Shown: one piece after another, positions 14,567 through 29,402 of the stretch
How the letters are laid out: every line of letters starts with the position of its first letter
Position numbering within the stretch: position 1 is the first letter of the stretch
DNA from: the human T2T-CHM13v2.0 reference genome, Homo sapiens
NCBI RefSeq assembly: GCF_009914755.1
Contig: NC_060927.1
Direction: 5' to 3' (one strand)
Length of the DNA: 64,000 bases
Program-made: the position numbers and the translations under genes
The notes under the pieces: model-generated
Told to the model about the DNA's origin: nothing
What the model saw: the letters and a program-made list of their open reading frames with translations, nothing else
The model's database searches: none

Positions 14567-17326
14567 TTCTTTGATACAGAGGAGTCAGTTTTCAAATAAT
14601 TAAAAGATCTTAAAAAGACAGCATAAGGCAACTTTTTTTTTCTCTCTCTCTCCTCTCTCTTTTTTAGTTTACTCAAAAAGTGAACAATAATTTCTTACTC
14701 TTTATTATCAATATTACACAGAAATCTTATGTAAAAGAGAGAAACAAATATTACTTTTGTCAGTGTACTATCGATACTAAAGTTAATTTTGATAAAATCT
14801 AATAATTCCAACCTCAGTCAGATTTGGACACACAAGATATCCATAAATCTTTTATAACCTCTAATAATTTTTCATTCTCATTTTACCCCAACTCTTTAAT
14901 AATCATTTAGTTTAATCTGTATCATTTTTTCTTCACTTATTTTAAAACATCCTTTAAATAATTTTTATCTAGACAAAACTATGTGTTTTTTCAACAAAAT
15001 CATGTTCTCGTAGCTTATAACATCATACTTTTCTTGTACACACTATAAAAAATTGTCTCTCTTATGTCTAATAGTTTTAACTACATATATTAATTATAAT
15101 TTTTATTGCTAGTAATCCTAATTTCTAGTCAAAAACCTAGAGAGTAAGCAATTTTCACTGCTATGTACCAAAACATTTTATGAATTCATATGTAATAATT
15201 TCTAGAAACATAGGCTTTTTTAATATAACAATTTATGAATATGGAACAGGATAAGTTTACTAACAAACCCAAATATCTTTTGTTTCTGTGAAATAAAAAG
15301 CCAAAAGCATATCAGCTTGAATTTATATTTAATAATTAATGTTTTAACATTATATCTTATTTGGTTATTATCTAGATTTTTTTTAAATGAATAGCCATTA
15401 TTTAATTTGACTTAGGCCTAGTGACCAAAGTGATTTGGACTAAAGTTACATAAACTTAAAAGGCATTTGGGCTTATTTGTTTAATTTACAAGTGCTCATT
15501 ATTTTAATTCAATTTGGTACCATGAAGACAATATAAAAACATCAACATGTACAAATGTGTATGTAAAATGCCAACCAATATAAATAAACAATTAATAGCT
15601 TTGATTTTAAAATTTTAGCCATGAGACAAATAAAATTCACTAGCTTAAAAGGACAATTGAATTCAAATTATGCCCTGTGAATGAAACAAGTAAGAGTTTA
15701 TCTGTCTTACATGGCTAAAACCATTTATCAAGTTCAATTTACATCTTAAAAGCACAGAGAAATAATGCAACTTTTTTTTCCTTAATAGAGAGTTAAGGGT
15801 GTGTCACTTAGATGAGACGTAGAGGAAGATTAAAAATGGATGACAAGGTAATATAAAATCATAGTAATTTATTGCAGGATTATACAGAGGAGCCTAGGAA
15901 AAACAATTTCAGAAGCGCTTTCAAAATAACTGGCTAAATGTCAAAAGGTTATATTTTGGAGACCAATTTTGTTATATAAGTGGCTTTTGAATTTAGTTTC
16001 TGTTATACTTATTAACTGGATTACTGAGCTCAGGGTGAACTCACAAATGAATTGAGCATTTGCAGGTCACAACGCCTAACATTTATACATATAAAAGGCA
16101 GACACAACTGGAAAGTGGAGCACCTAGAACTTGAGAAAGAAAGAACCTCATTCATACACTAAATCCCAGGTCCCTCAGAACCAAGGCGAAAGCCCAAGAT
16201 GGAAATGCTATGAGACTACAGAGCTGCACAATGCTGTCACAGTGCACCTCACTGTCAGGATATCCCCCTAATTGGTGGGAGATCCAATACCAACCCGCCC
16301 ACTCTGTTACCAGCCTGTCCCCCATGGGAGCTGAATCTTTTGATGGTGAGTTCTCCCACAGCCTCCGAGTGTCCAAATTGTACCCATTGTCAGGTCATGG
16401 CCCAAGCTCTGAGATTCCCCTGACCAACCTAGAAAACAACTTTTCTGTTGCCAGTTTCCCATTTACCATCAGTTTTTTGTTTGACTAAGTCAGAAATCTT
16501 AGGCTTTTCTTATCCTGATGTATGAAGAAATGAATAGCCCCCTGCAATGATAACTCTTCACTGAAACTTTTGTTTGTCACTTTTAAAATTGCAGCCAGTA
16601 ACTCATCAGTTATCACACGCCCAAAAGTTAAATGTTCTCTCACAATATGAAGTTACTCTTGGCACCCCCAAATGTCAAAGAGATCAGGGTACTCAATGCA
16701 AAAAGAAAGCAGAGTTTCAGACTTAAGAGGGACTTGCCCACAACCCTTGGTACATGAGGAAGACAGATGATCCCAAAAAAGGGGGATTTAGTTGTGCCTT
16801 CTCAATGTTCTTCAAGGAGTCCCATGGCCGATAATAGTCTCCTTCGGACCTGTTCATATGACAGCTAGAACTGTTATGTTTCCTCTTATATTGAAGGGCT
16901 TCATATCAAGGGAACTGGATAAAGGATCAAAGGTGGTAAATGAAGGAGGAGAAAGAACGAGTTTCAGAGGATCCAGTTTCAGGAGATGTTAAGTTTTCTT
17001 AAAAAGGCCAATAAAGGTCTCGAGAAAAAGTGATTCTGTTGACTGAGAAGTTTCTACAGAAAAAAGCAAAATCCAACACAGAAAAATAGAGAGGTCTTAA
17101 ATATATATGTACATATATATAGCTTGAATATGAATTATGAATTAAGCCAACTTTTGATTATAGTGTTCTTTAAATAAATTATTTTTGCCTTAGCCAAGGG
17201 AACAGTGATGGCAGGAGCACCACTCTACCGGCTGCTGTCTTGGAAGGGCCCACTGTGCTTGCTCCCAGTTCCCAGTGGCAGCAGGAAGCATATCTCTCTG
17301 TCCCAGTAGAGAAAGCAAGATAAATG

Positions 17327-17357
<31 letters not shown>
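17327..17357 (+). repeat. Pure A31 tract
   Basis: Directly visible. Confidence 0.95.
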
Positions 17358-17359
<2 letters not shown>

Positions 17360-18299
17360 AAAAGAAAAAAATTGCTAGTATGACCTAAATATAAACCTAA
17401 ATTTTAACCAAAGGCATATCTTTAAATGACTGAAAACTGAAACAAAAAAGCATGCATAAGAGCAAAACCAAGAAGCCATTGATTACTTTAACAAAAGCCT
17501 CCAAAAAGAAAGCAAAAACCTGCAACCCTTTCAAGACCCAGAAAACTCCCAATGACAGCTTAAAGAAAGGAAATTTTCACAAGCTGCAAATGGAGTAGAA
17601 CCCACATCTCTGTATGGCTGTATTCTCTATGGTCCTCACCTCTTAACTAGCCATCTGCACACAAAGGCCCAACAACAACCTGTGTTGGCCCCAAATCCTA
17701 GCCATTAGATCATAGACTGAAGTGCTTTTTTTTGGTAAATCCCATAGCAGGCAGTTTGAGTGCTCAAAGGATTTGGGCTTTGATTTAAATCTAAATTGTG
17801 CTTTTAAATTCTTGCTGAGGGAGTTTCTAATTCTATATTACTTTCATGTCCTTTATAGGTATCAATTAGATAGCCGTTTAAGACATGGGCACTCTAAAAA
17901 CTTTTTTTTCCTTTTTAACATAACCAATTTATGTATTTTATAAGCAACTCAAACCAATAAGGCATTTTTTTTAATGGAAAGCCCCAGAGGTAACTTTCTA
18001 GGTTTAGAATACATGGACATTTTAAAAAATGAGTGCAGAAGATGCATCCACCATGATAAAAGCACACCAGAATTACTAAGCCTAAGACCTAGTCCATACA
18101 AATGCTTTCATCCATTCATTTGAATTTAGAAAGGAAAAAAAATGAACAATGATTCTTACCATCTGTTCTTCCAGATTTACAGACAGACACCTAGGCACTC
18201 TGACTGGTAATTTTTTTAAAACCCTAAATAGGGTTTCCTTGACTGTGGCTTCCTAAAGATCAGAGATATTTTGAGTTTTCCTGATCACAACACAAAATC

Positions 18300-18978
18300 T
18301 GCAGAGGCCAAGGGAAAGCTTTACTCTGAAGGTTCACTGAAAATAAACTGATAATAAACAAATGAATAGCAGAAAAGACATACAGATTTATTCAATACTC
18401 ATAGCACAGGGTTAGCTAACCGTTAGCTAATAACACAATGAAGTGTAGATCCCTATATACCCTTTTTTTACAGAGGAAGGGGAGATGAGGGTTGGAGGAG
18501 TAAATGATTTTCAGTAGAAATGAATGAACCCAAAGAATAATGACTTGGAATAAATTTTCTCTGAGCTCTGGAAGAGGTGATGGAAAGATAAAGGGCAGAA
18601 ATTTACTGTGAATAATGATGATGTTATTATGTAGATAAAATCCCCCAGGTAATCTCTTGGGGCTGCCCTCAGAAAAATGGATAAAATGTCTCTTTGGGTG
18701 TACTGAGAACTCCCAGTCTCTTCTCTTTTTCAGTGGCTAATCTTTCCTAATTATTTGATGAAACTCATAAGAAAGAGGTCTTAAGAAAATTGCATTTCTT
18801 TTGGAAAGAAGTTTTCTTAGATAAGGAAATTCCAGAGAAAATGCCTACTGGTGCTTTGGGAAACACTATCAGGGAGACAGGGAAATCCGGATAGATCAAA
18901 GACAGACCTTGAGGCTGCACCTTTAGTACAGTATGTCAAAGTACCATATTTTAGGGTATTGTTTCCTGAACCCTAACA
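18300..18978 (-). mobile_element. ERV1 5' LTR (MER34/MER39/MER31 group)
   Basis: Reverse complement starts tgttagggttcaggaaacaataccctaaaatatggtactttgac and ends tttcccttggcctctgca. Confidence 0.75.
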
Positions 18979-20161
18979 ATAAGAAAGATTTTGGTGAATG
19001 ATAGAACCTGGTGATAGTGGTTCCCACTTTAGCAAATGGATACAAAACCAAAAATAAATACAAGTTAATGTCCCTGATAAAGTTTTCATAAAGCATAATA
19101 TGGAAATTTTTTAATGATTCAGAAGATAACATCAAATTGTCTAAGGTTTTCTTAAACTTTCTCTTTTTAATCCCAAAAAATTGTTACTATTCTAGATCAC
19201 GTGAGGAAAATATTGAAAGACATTTACATAAACCAGAACATCAGAGCTATAATTTATTGACTGTTGTAAAAAGAAATAAATGTATTGACTAATTTTTAGA
19301 TGACTGATTTCAAAATAATTCTGAGTTTTAAGATAATAAGAAATAATTGACTAATGTAATTATTAAAATATTTTATTAATTAAAAATATAGCCAACAGTA
19401 GCTTTTATTTACTCTAAAGTGTACAACCTTGATAAGAAAAAGACACCATATTAAAATTATTGAGAAAAAAGATAAAATGAATTTTCATCACCACACTTTA
19501 ATCCAAATCGAACTGGTAATCTTTGCACTGCTTTATCCAGGTATTTAAAATCTATTTGCAACTTCCAAAAAGTAGACCTCAGGAAATGGAACGTAAGAAC
19601 CATGACCCAGTTCTCTGACATCTTTCTGTGTAAAATTCTCAGACATTAAGAAAGAAAGAGGGTCTTCAAAATGGCAGCACTTTTTCTTGATATTATAGCT
19701 CTTGCCTTGCACCTCCTTGCATAGTACACACCTTTTAAAAGTAGTTAAATATTTAATAATTTGATTGTAGCAGCAAATTATTGGTTAATTTGACATGTAT
19801 GTTGCTTTCTTCTCATCACTTTCTCTACCAGTGATCCACTCTATGTGTCTTTCTACACATCAAAAGACAAACTTTATTAATCCAGGCATTAAATACAGGC
19901 ATTATTTCATTCTATACCACCAAATATGTAATCACCTGTTCTGATGTGCATCTGTTACTGTGAACCTTTTCATTAAGCTCCAGAAATGAGTAAATACTCA
20001 AAATATTGCCTTAGCATTATAAAAACATGAAACAAAACAAAAAAACAAGAAAAAATAAATAGACTTCTTGTTTTACCTCAGAAATGAAGAGAGATGGAAG
20101 AAAATAATTCTCATTTATACAGAGAAAAGAAAGTAAATGGGTACAAATTAATAACTGCTTA

Positions 20162-20440
20162 TAGTCTGGGCATGGTGGCTCATGCCTGTAAGTCCAGCAC
20201 TTTGGGAGGCTGGCCAGGAGGATTGATTGAGGCCAGAAGTTCAAGACAAGCCTAGCCAACATAGTGAGACCCCGTCTCTACAAAAATAAAAAATAAAAAA
20301 ATTATCTTGGCATGATGGCACACAGCTGTAGTCCTAGATACTTGGGAGGCTGAGGTGGGAGGATCCCCTAAACCCCAGAGGCGGAGGCTGCAATGAGCTA
20401 TGATTACAGAGCAAGACACTGTCTCTAAAAATATAAAAAT
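20162..20440 (+). mobile_element. Alu (AluJ-like) with ~25-bp deletion in the right arm
   Basis: gagctatgatt|acagagcaagac lacks the gccactgcactccagcctggg segment. Confidence 0.93.
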
Positions 20441-20574
20441 AATAATTTATAAATACATTAGAAAATTCAGGTTCAAAGAAAAGCATAATACTGAAATATG
20501 GAGACACAGAATCTTAGCATTTACTTACCTAAAGCAAAGTCACAGACAAGATACAATCTGATAGAACATTAGAC

Positions 20575-20715
20575 CACATCATAGATTTAATATTTTTTTC
20601 CTCCCTAAATTCAAATGTTGAAATCTAATTCTCAATATGATGATATTTGTAGGTGGGTCTTTGAGAGTTTAGGTCATGAGAATGTAGTCCTCATGAATGA
20701 GATTAGTGTTCTTTG
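20575..20715 (+). mobile_element. MLT1A/MST-type LTR 5' part, cut by HERV-H
   Basis: aaattcaaatgttgaaatctaat...ttaggtcatgagaatgtagtcctcatgaatgagattagtg. Confidence 0.7.
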
Positions 20716-21147
20716 TGTCATGCGTATCTGTGTGAAGAGACCACCAAACAGGCTTTGTGTGAGCAACAAGGCTGTTTATTTCACCTGGGTTCAGGCAGGC
20801 TGAGTCCAAAAAGAGTCAGGGAAGGGAAATAGGGGTGGGGCTGTTTTACAGGATTTGGGTACGTAGTGGAAAATTACAGTCAAGGGGGGTTTTTCTCTTA
20901 CGGGCAGGGGCAGGGGTCACAAGGGGCTCAGTGAGGGAACCTCTGAGCCAGGAGAAGGAATTTCACAAGGTTAATCACTTAGTTAAGGTGGGGCAGGAAC
21001 AAACCACAATGGTGGAATGTCATCAGTTAAGACAGGAACTGGCCATTTTCACTTCTTTGTAATTCCTCACTTGCTTCAGGACATCTGGATGTATATGTGC
21101 AAGTCACAGGGGATATGATGGCTTAGCTTGGGCTCAGAGGCCTGACA
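20716..21147 (-). mobile_element. LTR7-family LTR (3' LTR of HERV-H)
   Basis: Reverse complement tgtcaggcctctgagcccaagctaagccatcatatcccctgtgac...gtctcttcacacagatacgcatgaca; polypurine tract adjacent at 21148+. Confidence 0.97.
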
Positions 21148-24140
21148 TTCCTGTCTCCTTATATTAATAAGAAAAATAACATAAAATAGTGGTGAAGTGT
21201 TGGGGCAGTGAAAATTTTTGGGAGGTGGTATGGAGAAATATTGTGCAATGTTCCTCAGGGCTGCTTCGAGCAGGATTAGGAGTGGCATGGGAACCTAGAG
21301 TGGGAGAGATTAAACTGAAGGAAGATTTTGTGGCAAGGGTTGATATTGTGGGGTTGTTAGAAGAAACACTTGCTGTATAGAACCATTTGCCTTGTGTGGG
21401 AAGAGATTGATAGGTGGAAGTTTCAGTGGGGGAGTAGGTGGAAGTGACCGATGAGAAGGAGAAAAACTGACCATGAGGGATAGAAGTTGGAACGCTAGCT
21501 GCTTCTTTAGCTACCTTATCAGCATAAGCGTTGCTCTGAGCGATGGGATCTGACGCCTCTTGCAGTGAATGACTCCAGCTTCCTTTGGAAGTAAAGCAGC
21601 CTTGAGAAGAGTTTTTATTAAAGAGGCATTAATGATGGAGGACCCTTGTGTAGTGAGGAAACCTCTTTCTGCCCATATAACAGCATGGTGGTATAGGATA
21701 TGGAAAGCATATTTAGAGTCAGTACAAATATTGATGCGTAGTCCCTTTGCAAGAGTGAGGGCTTGAGTTAAGGCAATGAGTTAGGCTAGCTGAGTGGTAG
21801 TGGAGGAGGGCAGAAAGTATATGTGTTAGGTGTGAGGAAGAAAATAGATTTTCGAAGTTACAAGAACTGTAGAGAGTGAGTTGAGCAGTTTGTGATTTTG
21901 AGGGCCTCTAAAAGTATTAAAGCAGCGGCAGCTGCCACAGACAGATATGAGGGCTAGGCTAAAACAGTAAGGTCAAGTTGTTTGGACAAAAAGGCTGCAG
22001 GGCGCGGTCCTGGCTCTTGCATAAGAACTCCGACTGCACAGCCCTGCACTTCAGCTGTATGTAATGAAAAGGGAGTGATGAGTTAGGGAGAGCTAGTGTG
22101 GGAGCTGTTTTTTAAGGAATAGAAAGGGGAGTGGGGAAGGATTTAGGATCTATGGGGTCAGCTAGGTTTATCTAGAACAGAATAATGGGTTGTGGAGGGA
22201 GGTATTGAGTATAGTAGAGTATATGGGTTTGGCACCACAGGGTGGACAGGCAAAATAATTTTGTTGATAAGGCACAGAAATAACTTACAGGTTAGTTCAG
22301 GAACTAACCTGTAAGGCTTGTCCGGTTTTTGGACAGATAAAATGGGGGAATTGTAAGGAGAGTTTATAGGCTTTAAAAGCCCGTGCTGTAACAGGCTAGT
22401 GATAACAGGCTTTAATCCTTTTAAAGTGTGCTGTGGGTTGGGATATTGACATTGAGTGGGGTAAAGGTGATTAGGTTTTAATGGGATAGTAATGGGCTTG
22501 TGATTGGTTGCCAGGGAGGGAGTAGAGGTGTCCCATACCTGTGGATTAAGTTGGGAGATACAAGGGGAGGATGCGAAGGAGGTTTTGAAGTGGGGAAAAG
22601 GGCAGCAATGAGGTGTGGCTGTAGCCTAGGAATAGTCAGGGAAGCAGATAATTTAGTTAAAATGTCTCTACCTAATAAGGGAACTGGGCAAGTGGGGATA
22701 ACTAAAAAGGAGTGCAGAAAAGAATATTTTCCAAGTTGGCACCAGAGTTGGGGAGTTTTAGGAGGTTTAGAAGCCTGGTCAATACCCACAACAGTTACGG
22801 GGGCAAGGGAAACAGGCCATTGAAAAGAAGGTAATGTGGAGTGGGTAGCCTCCATATTGATTAAGAAGGGGATGGACTTATCCTCCACTGTAAGAGTTAC
22901 CCAAAGTGTCTGTGATGGTCCAGGAGGCTTCCGAGGTGATCAGGCAACATCAGTCTTCAGCCGCTAAGCCAAGAAGATCTGGGAAGGAGTCAGTCAGAGC
23001 CTTGGGACAGCTGGACAGTCCAACTTCCAGTGGGGTCCCACACAGAGGGGACACAGCTTAGGAGGAATCCCAGGCTGAGGACATTCCTTGGCCCAGTGGC
23101 CAGATTTCCAGAACTTGAAGTAAGATCCTGGGGGAGGAGGTCCTGAAGGAACACCTCACCACTGTGGCTTAGGCATTTTGAAGTTCTTGTGTGCTGGAGA
23201 TGTGGCTGGGGTTTCTCTCACAGCAGAGGCAAGTAATTGCAACTCTTCTCTATTATTGTACACCTTGAAGGTGAGGTTAATTAGTCCTGTTTTGGGGTTT
23301 GAGGGCCAGAATTTAATTTTTGGAGATTGGGAGAGATTGTGTAACAAAATGTATATTGAGAATAAGACAGCCTTCTGACCCTTCAGGGTCTAGGGATGTA
23401 AAGCGTCTAAGGGTTGCTGCCGAAGAGGCCATGAACTAAGCTGGGTTTTTATATTTGATGAAAAAGAGCCTAAACGCTAACTGATTTGGGAGAGGTCAGA
23501 TAAAGAAAAAGGAGCATTAACCTTGACTATGCCTTTAGCTCCAGCCACCTCTTTAAGAGGAAATTGTTGGGCAGGTGGGGGAGGGCTAGTCGTGGAATGA
23601 AACTGTAAGCCAGACAGGGTGTGGGGAGAGGAGGTGATAGAAGGATTATGGGGTGGAGGGGCAGAAGCTGAGGAAGAATTGGAGCCTGATTCAGCCTGAT
23701 GGGGAGTGACCTGAAGAGCAGTCTGGGGATGAGGGGAGAGGTCAGATGGGTCTGTAGAAAAGGAAGATTGAAAACACTCAGCAATGTTTGGGGTTGGGTC
23801 TGAGGGGCAGGTGGGAGGTAAAGAAGGAGGATTTGGGATGAGTCGCATTAGGAACAGAGACTAAGGAGGGACAGATGTGTAAAAGAATGCCTGGATGTCA
23901 GGCACCTCAGACCATTTGCCCATTTTATGACAAGAATTATCTAGATCTTGTAGGTTGGAAAAATTGAAAGTGCCATTTTCTGGCTATTTGGAACCACTGT
24001 CAAGTTTGTATTGGGGTCAAGCGGCATTGTAGAAGATAATAAGGCATTTGGGTTTTAGGTAAGATGTGAGTTGAAGAGGTTTTAAGTTATTGAGAACACA
24101 GGCTAAGGGAGAAGAAGGAGGAATGGAAGGTGTAAGTTTG
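21148..24140 (-). mobile_element. HERV-H internal region: deleted pol/env, decayed gag-pro, no 5' LTR
   Basis: gag-like ORFs 23477-23848 (FPLKEVAGAKGIVKVNAPFSLSDLSQI) and 23156-23347, plus pro and pol fragments. Confidence 0.95.
22478..22888 (-). pseudogene. HERV-H protease remnant
   Basis: FLINMEATHSTLP (catalytic DTGA motif degenerate) ... PLLGRDILTKL; frameshifted downstream. Confidence 0.85.
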
Positions 24141-24169
24141 CAATTCCTAATCATCTCTTTGCAATTGTA

Positions 24170-24662
24170 CAGGCAGCAAGCTTCTGCCTGTACATCTAGG
24201 AATTTCCATACATTCTTTGAAATCTAGGCAGAGGTTCCCAAGCCCCAATTCTTGACTCCTGTGCACCCACAGGCCTAACACCACGTTTAAGCCACAAAGG
24301 TTTGGGGCTTGCACCCTGTGAAGCAAGCCTAAGCTGTATGTTGACCCCTTTTAGGCATTGCTGGAATGTAGCACACCAAGTTCCAAGACTGAAAGAAAAG
24401 GAGCAAGGCCTTGGACCCAGCCCACAAAACCATTTTTTCCTTCTACTCCTCCAGGCCTCTAATGGGAGGGACTGCCATGAAAACCTCTGACATGCCCTGG
24501 AGACATTTCCCCTGCTGTTTTGGCAATTAACATTTGGCCCCTTGTTACTTATGCAAATCTCTGCAGCCAGCTTTCTCCCCAGAAAATGGGTTTTTCTTTT
24601 CTATCTCATTGTGAGGCTGCAAATTTTCTGAACTTTTATGCTCTACTTCCGTTTTAAATATA
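24170..24662 (-). mobile_element. THE1/MST internal fragment with no LTRs
   Basis: Homologous to the internal parts of the two THE1 elements in this window (gaaatctaggcagaggttcccaa; ctgcaaattttctgaacttttatgctct). Confidence 0.9.
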
Positions 24663-26450
<1,788 letters not shown>

Positions 26451-26559
26451 CAGCTATGATGTTGAGCCATTTGTGTTAGGAGTACAAACTGTAATGTAAT
26501 TTCAATTATAAGTTTTATTCTTCTATTTTTCTACAACTGAAATTTTTGAAAAGGAATTT

Positions 26560-26941
26560 GATATAGACCAACACTTCACGCTGGGAGCAAACGTTCAGGC
26601 AAATAGAAAAATTAGATATGGAAATGTGATGTGCTTAAACCAATAAAATGTGAGATGTAGGGGAATGTAGCACTTTTAAGTGAAAGCATTTAAGAATTGC
26701 TTTGTGATTTTCATATCTATTCCTGCCATTATGATATTGGAATTGAAGGCTAGTAGGAGGGTGCCATAACATCAAACCAGCCTGAAATGATTGACAGTGT
26801 ATTGATGGATGCCTTAAAAAATGTTTGGATATACAGAAGACTGTGGGTATACAAAGAAAAAAAAAAGTTATGTTACAAAGTCACTAATAACTCAAGGTTG
26901 TTTATTATTACAGCATAATCCAGTGTACTTTTACTGATATA
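26560..26941 (+). mobile_element. Old MLT1 (I/J-like) LTR
   Basis: Ends ggttgtttattattacagcataatccagtgtacttttactgatata. Confidence 0.55.
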
Positions 26942-27301
26942 AAAAATTTGTATTTAATTTTGTAAATATCCAAGACCTGACATAAATTGGTTCTATTTTC
27001 AGCCTTCTATTAAAAACAGTATCTTGAATATTCTTATTAATACATTTCCCAGTGTCTTTCCCTGGAAGAATTTTTAATACCATTTTACATTGATAAACAC
27101 TTTTATTTAAAATATTTCCAATATAATGCTTTCATCAGTATCTAAAATAGTAATACAAATAATGATGAGGAATATAAAATAGGAAAGATTACAAAATATA
27201 TACTAAACATAATATGTTATATTCTCAAACCATTTAGAGATTGATTAACATGTTGCAAAATTTGTTATCATTTCTTAAATGTAGTTTTGTGCATTTATAA
27301 A

Positions 27302-27751
27302 CAGTTGACCCTCAAACAATCTGAGTTTGAACTGCACATGTCCATTTATACTTGAGTTTTCTTCTACCCCTACTACTCCTGAGACAGAAAGACCAGCTCC
27401 TCCTCTTCCTCCTTCCCCTCAGCCTAATTAACATTGAAGGCAATGATTTACTCCACTTAATGCAGTGGATCCATATCATGATCCACTTTCACTTAACAAA
27501 TAGTAAGTATACTTTATCTTTTTAATGATTTTCTTAACAACATTTTTGTTCCAGCTTAGTTTAATGTAAGTAAAATACATGTAACATACAAGATATGTGT
27601 TCATCTGCTATTTATGTTACTGATAAGGCTTTCAGACAACAGTAGGCTATTAATAGTTAACTTTTGGGGGATCAAAATTGTATGTGGATTTTTCATTGTC
27701 CAGAGAGGGGTGTCAGTGCCCCTAAGCCCCATGTTATTCCACAGTCAACTG
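27302..27751 (+). mobile_element. Tigger2a/MER28 MITE (TcMar-Tigger)
   Basis: Terminal inverted repeats cagttgac...gtcaactg with TA at the right end; internal cctcctcttcctcc tract. Confidence 0.85.
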
Positions 27752-27970
27752 TATATTCAATTTTTAAAAATAGGTTAACTTTTACACATATTATTTTGAA
27801 ATATAGGGGTATGTACATGTTGACCAAAATTAGGTCATGAGAAATGATAATTTTCTACACATTTCAACAGAACTTGCTTTTATTCAATATTCTACTTCTT
27901 GTAAATGTAACAAATCTAAACGTCAAATTCCTACTGGCCTTCCTTTTGACAGCTTTTCTTAATTGTCTAG

Positions 27971-28483
27971 TGTTGGGAATAGGCCCCCCCAAAATCTGGC
28001 CACAAACTGGCCCCAAAACTGGCCATAAACAAAATCTCTGCAGCACTGTGACATGTCCGTGATGGCCATAACACCCATGCCGAAGGTTGCGGGTTTACCG
28101 GAATGAGGGCAAAGAACACCTGGCCCACCCAGGGTGGAAAACCACTTAAAGGTGTTCTTAAACCACAAACAATAGCATGAGTGATCTGTGCCTTAAGGAC
28201 ATGCTCCTGCTGCAGATAACAAGGCAGACTCATCTCTTTATGTCAGCTCATCCCTTTGTTTCCCCTAAGGAATACTTTTAGTTAATCTATAATCTATAGA
28301 AACAATGCGTATCACTGGCTTGCTGTTAATAAATACATAGGTAAATCTCTGTTCGAGGCTCTCAGTTCTGAAGGCTGTGAGAGCCCTGATTTCCCACTCC
28401 ATGCCTCTATATTTCTGTGTGTGTGTCTTTAATTCCTCTAGCGCCACTGAGTTAGGGTCTTCCTGATTGAGCTGGTCTCGGCA
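27971..28483 (+). mobile_element. MER9 solo LTR (HERV-K/HML-3)
   Basis: tgttgggaataggcccccc...gagctggtctcggca; perfect 6-bp TSD gtctag (27965-27970 / 28484-28489), the length expected for ERVK. Confidence 0.95.
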
Positions 28484-28568
28484 GTCTAGGAAATAAATAA
28501 TATATGTTAATAAAATAAATCTCATTTTCCACTATCATCACATTCTTCCTCCATTTGCCATAGCATTA

Positions 28569-28881
28569 CTGCACAGTCTCCTGCTTAAGATGATTCACCT
28601 TACAATTTTTCAACTTTATAATGGTACAAAAGCAATACACATTTCGTAGACACTGTATTTCCATTTATTAATTTTGATCTTTTCAACACTTTATTGTAAG
28701 ATAAAGATTGTGTTAGATTTTTTTCCAACTGTCGGCTAATATAAGTGTTCTGAGCACATTTACGGTGGGAGAGGCTATGTACAGTAGCTTAGGTATATTA
28801 AATACATTTTCAACTTACAATATTTTTAAGTTATGATGAGTTTATCAGGACATAACCCCATTGTAAGTCAAGCAGCATCTG
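28569..28881 (-). mobile_element. MER47-family Tigger MITE
   Basis: Ends gtttatcaggacataaccccattgtaagtcaagcagcatctg-ta. Confidence 0.8.
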
Positions 28882-29402
28882 TACCAAGTTTATTGTTTTT
28901 GCAAATAGTCCCAGAAAACAAATTTTTGATGGTCCCAGTTCAATAATGCCCTTCCTTGACTACTTCTCTAATATTTAACTCAGAATTAATCATGTATGCT
29001 TCTATGTTTACAACCAATAAAACAAAGCAAAACCAACTAGAAAGTATTTACGCATTTTTATGACTTCTTAAATATATAACTAAAAAGAAAGCAGGGGTCT
29101 ATATACTTTCCAACTTGCATCCAGTGTTTTCACTTTATAGATGTTTAATAAGCATCTGGTTTACAAATTAATAACCGTTATTACTTTTACTTAGAATCAA
29201 ATGAAAAGGAAAATAACTTTTAAGACATTAGCAAATGTTTGGAAATTGATCTGCTTTGCTAATGCTTTTAGTCTAAATTAACTTTTACAGAAAAATAATG
29301 AGCTTAATTTCTATTATAATTGAGAACAATTAAATAAAATATCATGCAAAGAGACTTTTAGCTACAATCATTACAAATACATCCATTTAACTCCTAGCCT
29401 TT

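Larger units (their letters stand above)
10580..18299 (-). mobile_element. ERV1 (MER4-group; MER34/MER31-like) internal region, split by younger insertions, 3' end lost
   Basis: Internal-type text is continuous across the inserts (tttaaaacact|ggtcaaaatgggatcacaggtcac; aaaacctttc|ttctttgata); it abuts the LTR at 18300 through a decayed PBS-like segment; no intact ORF. Confidence 0.65.

Noticed and set aside
18410-18430. Tandem palindrome gttagctaac-c-gttagctaa
   Set aside because: A small slippage duplication inside an LTR; too short to interpret.
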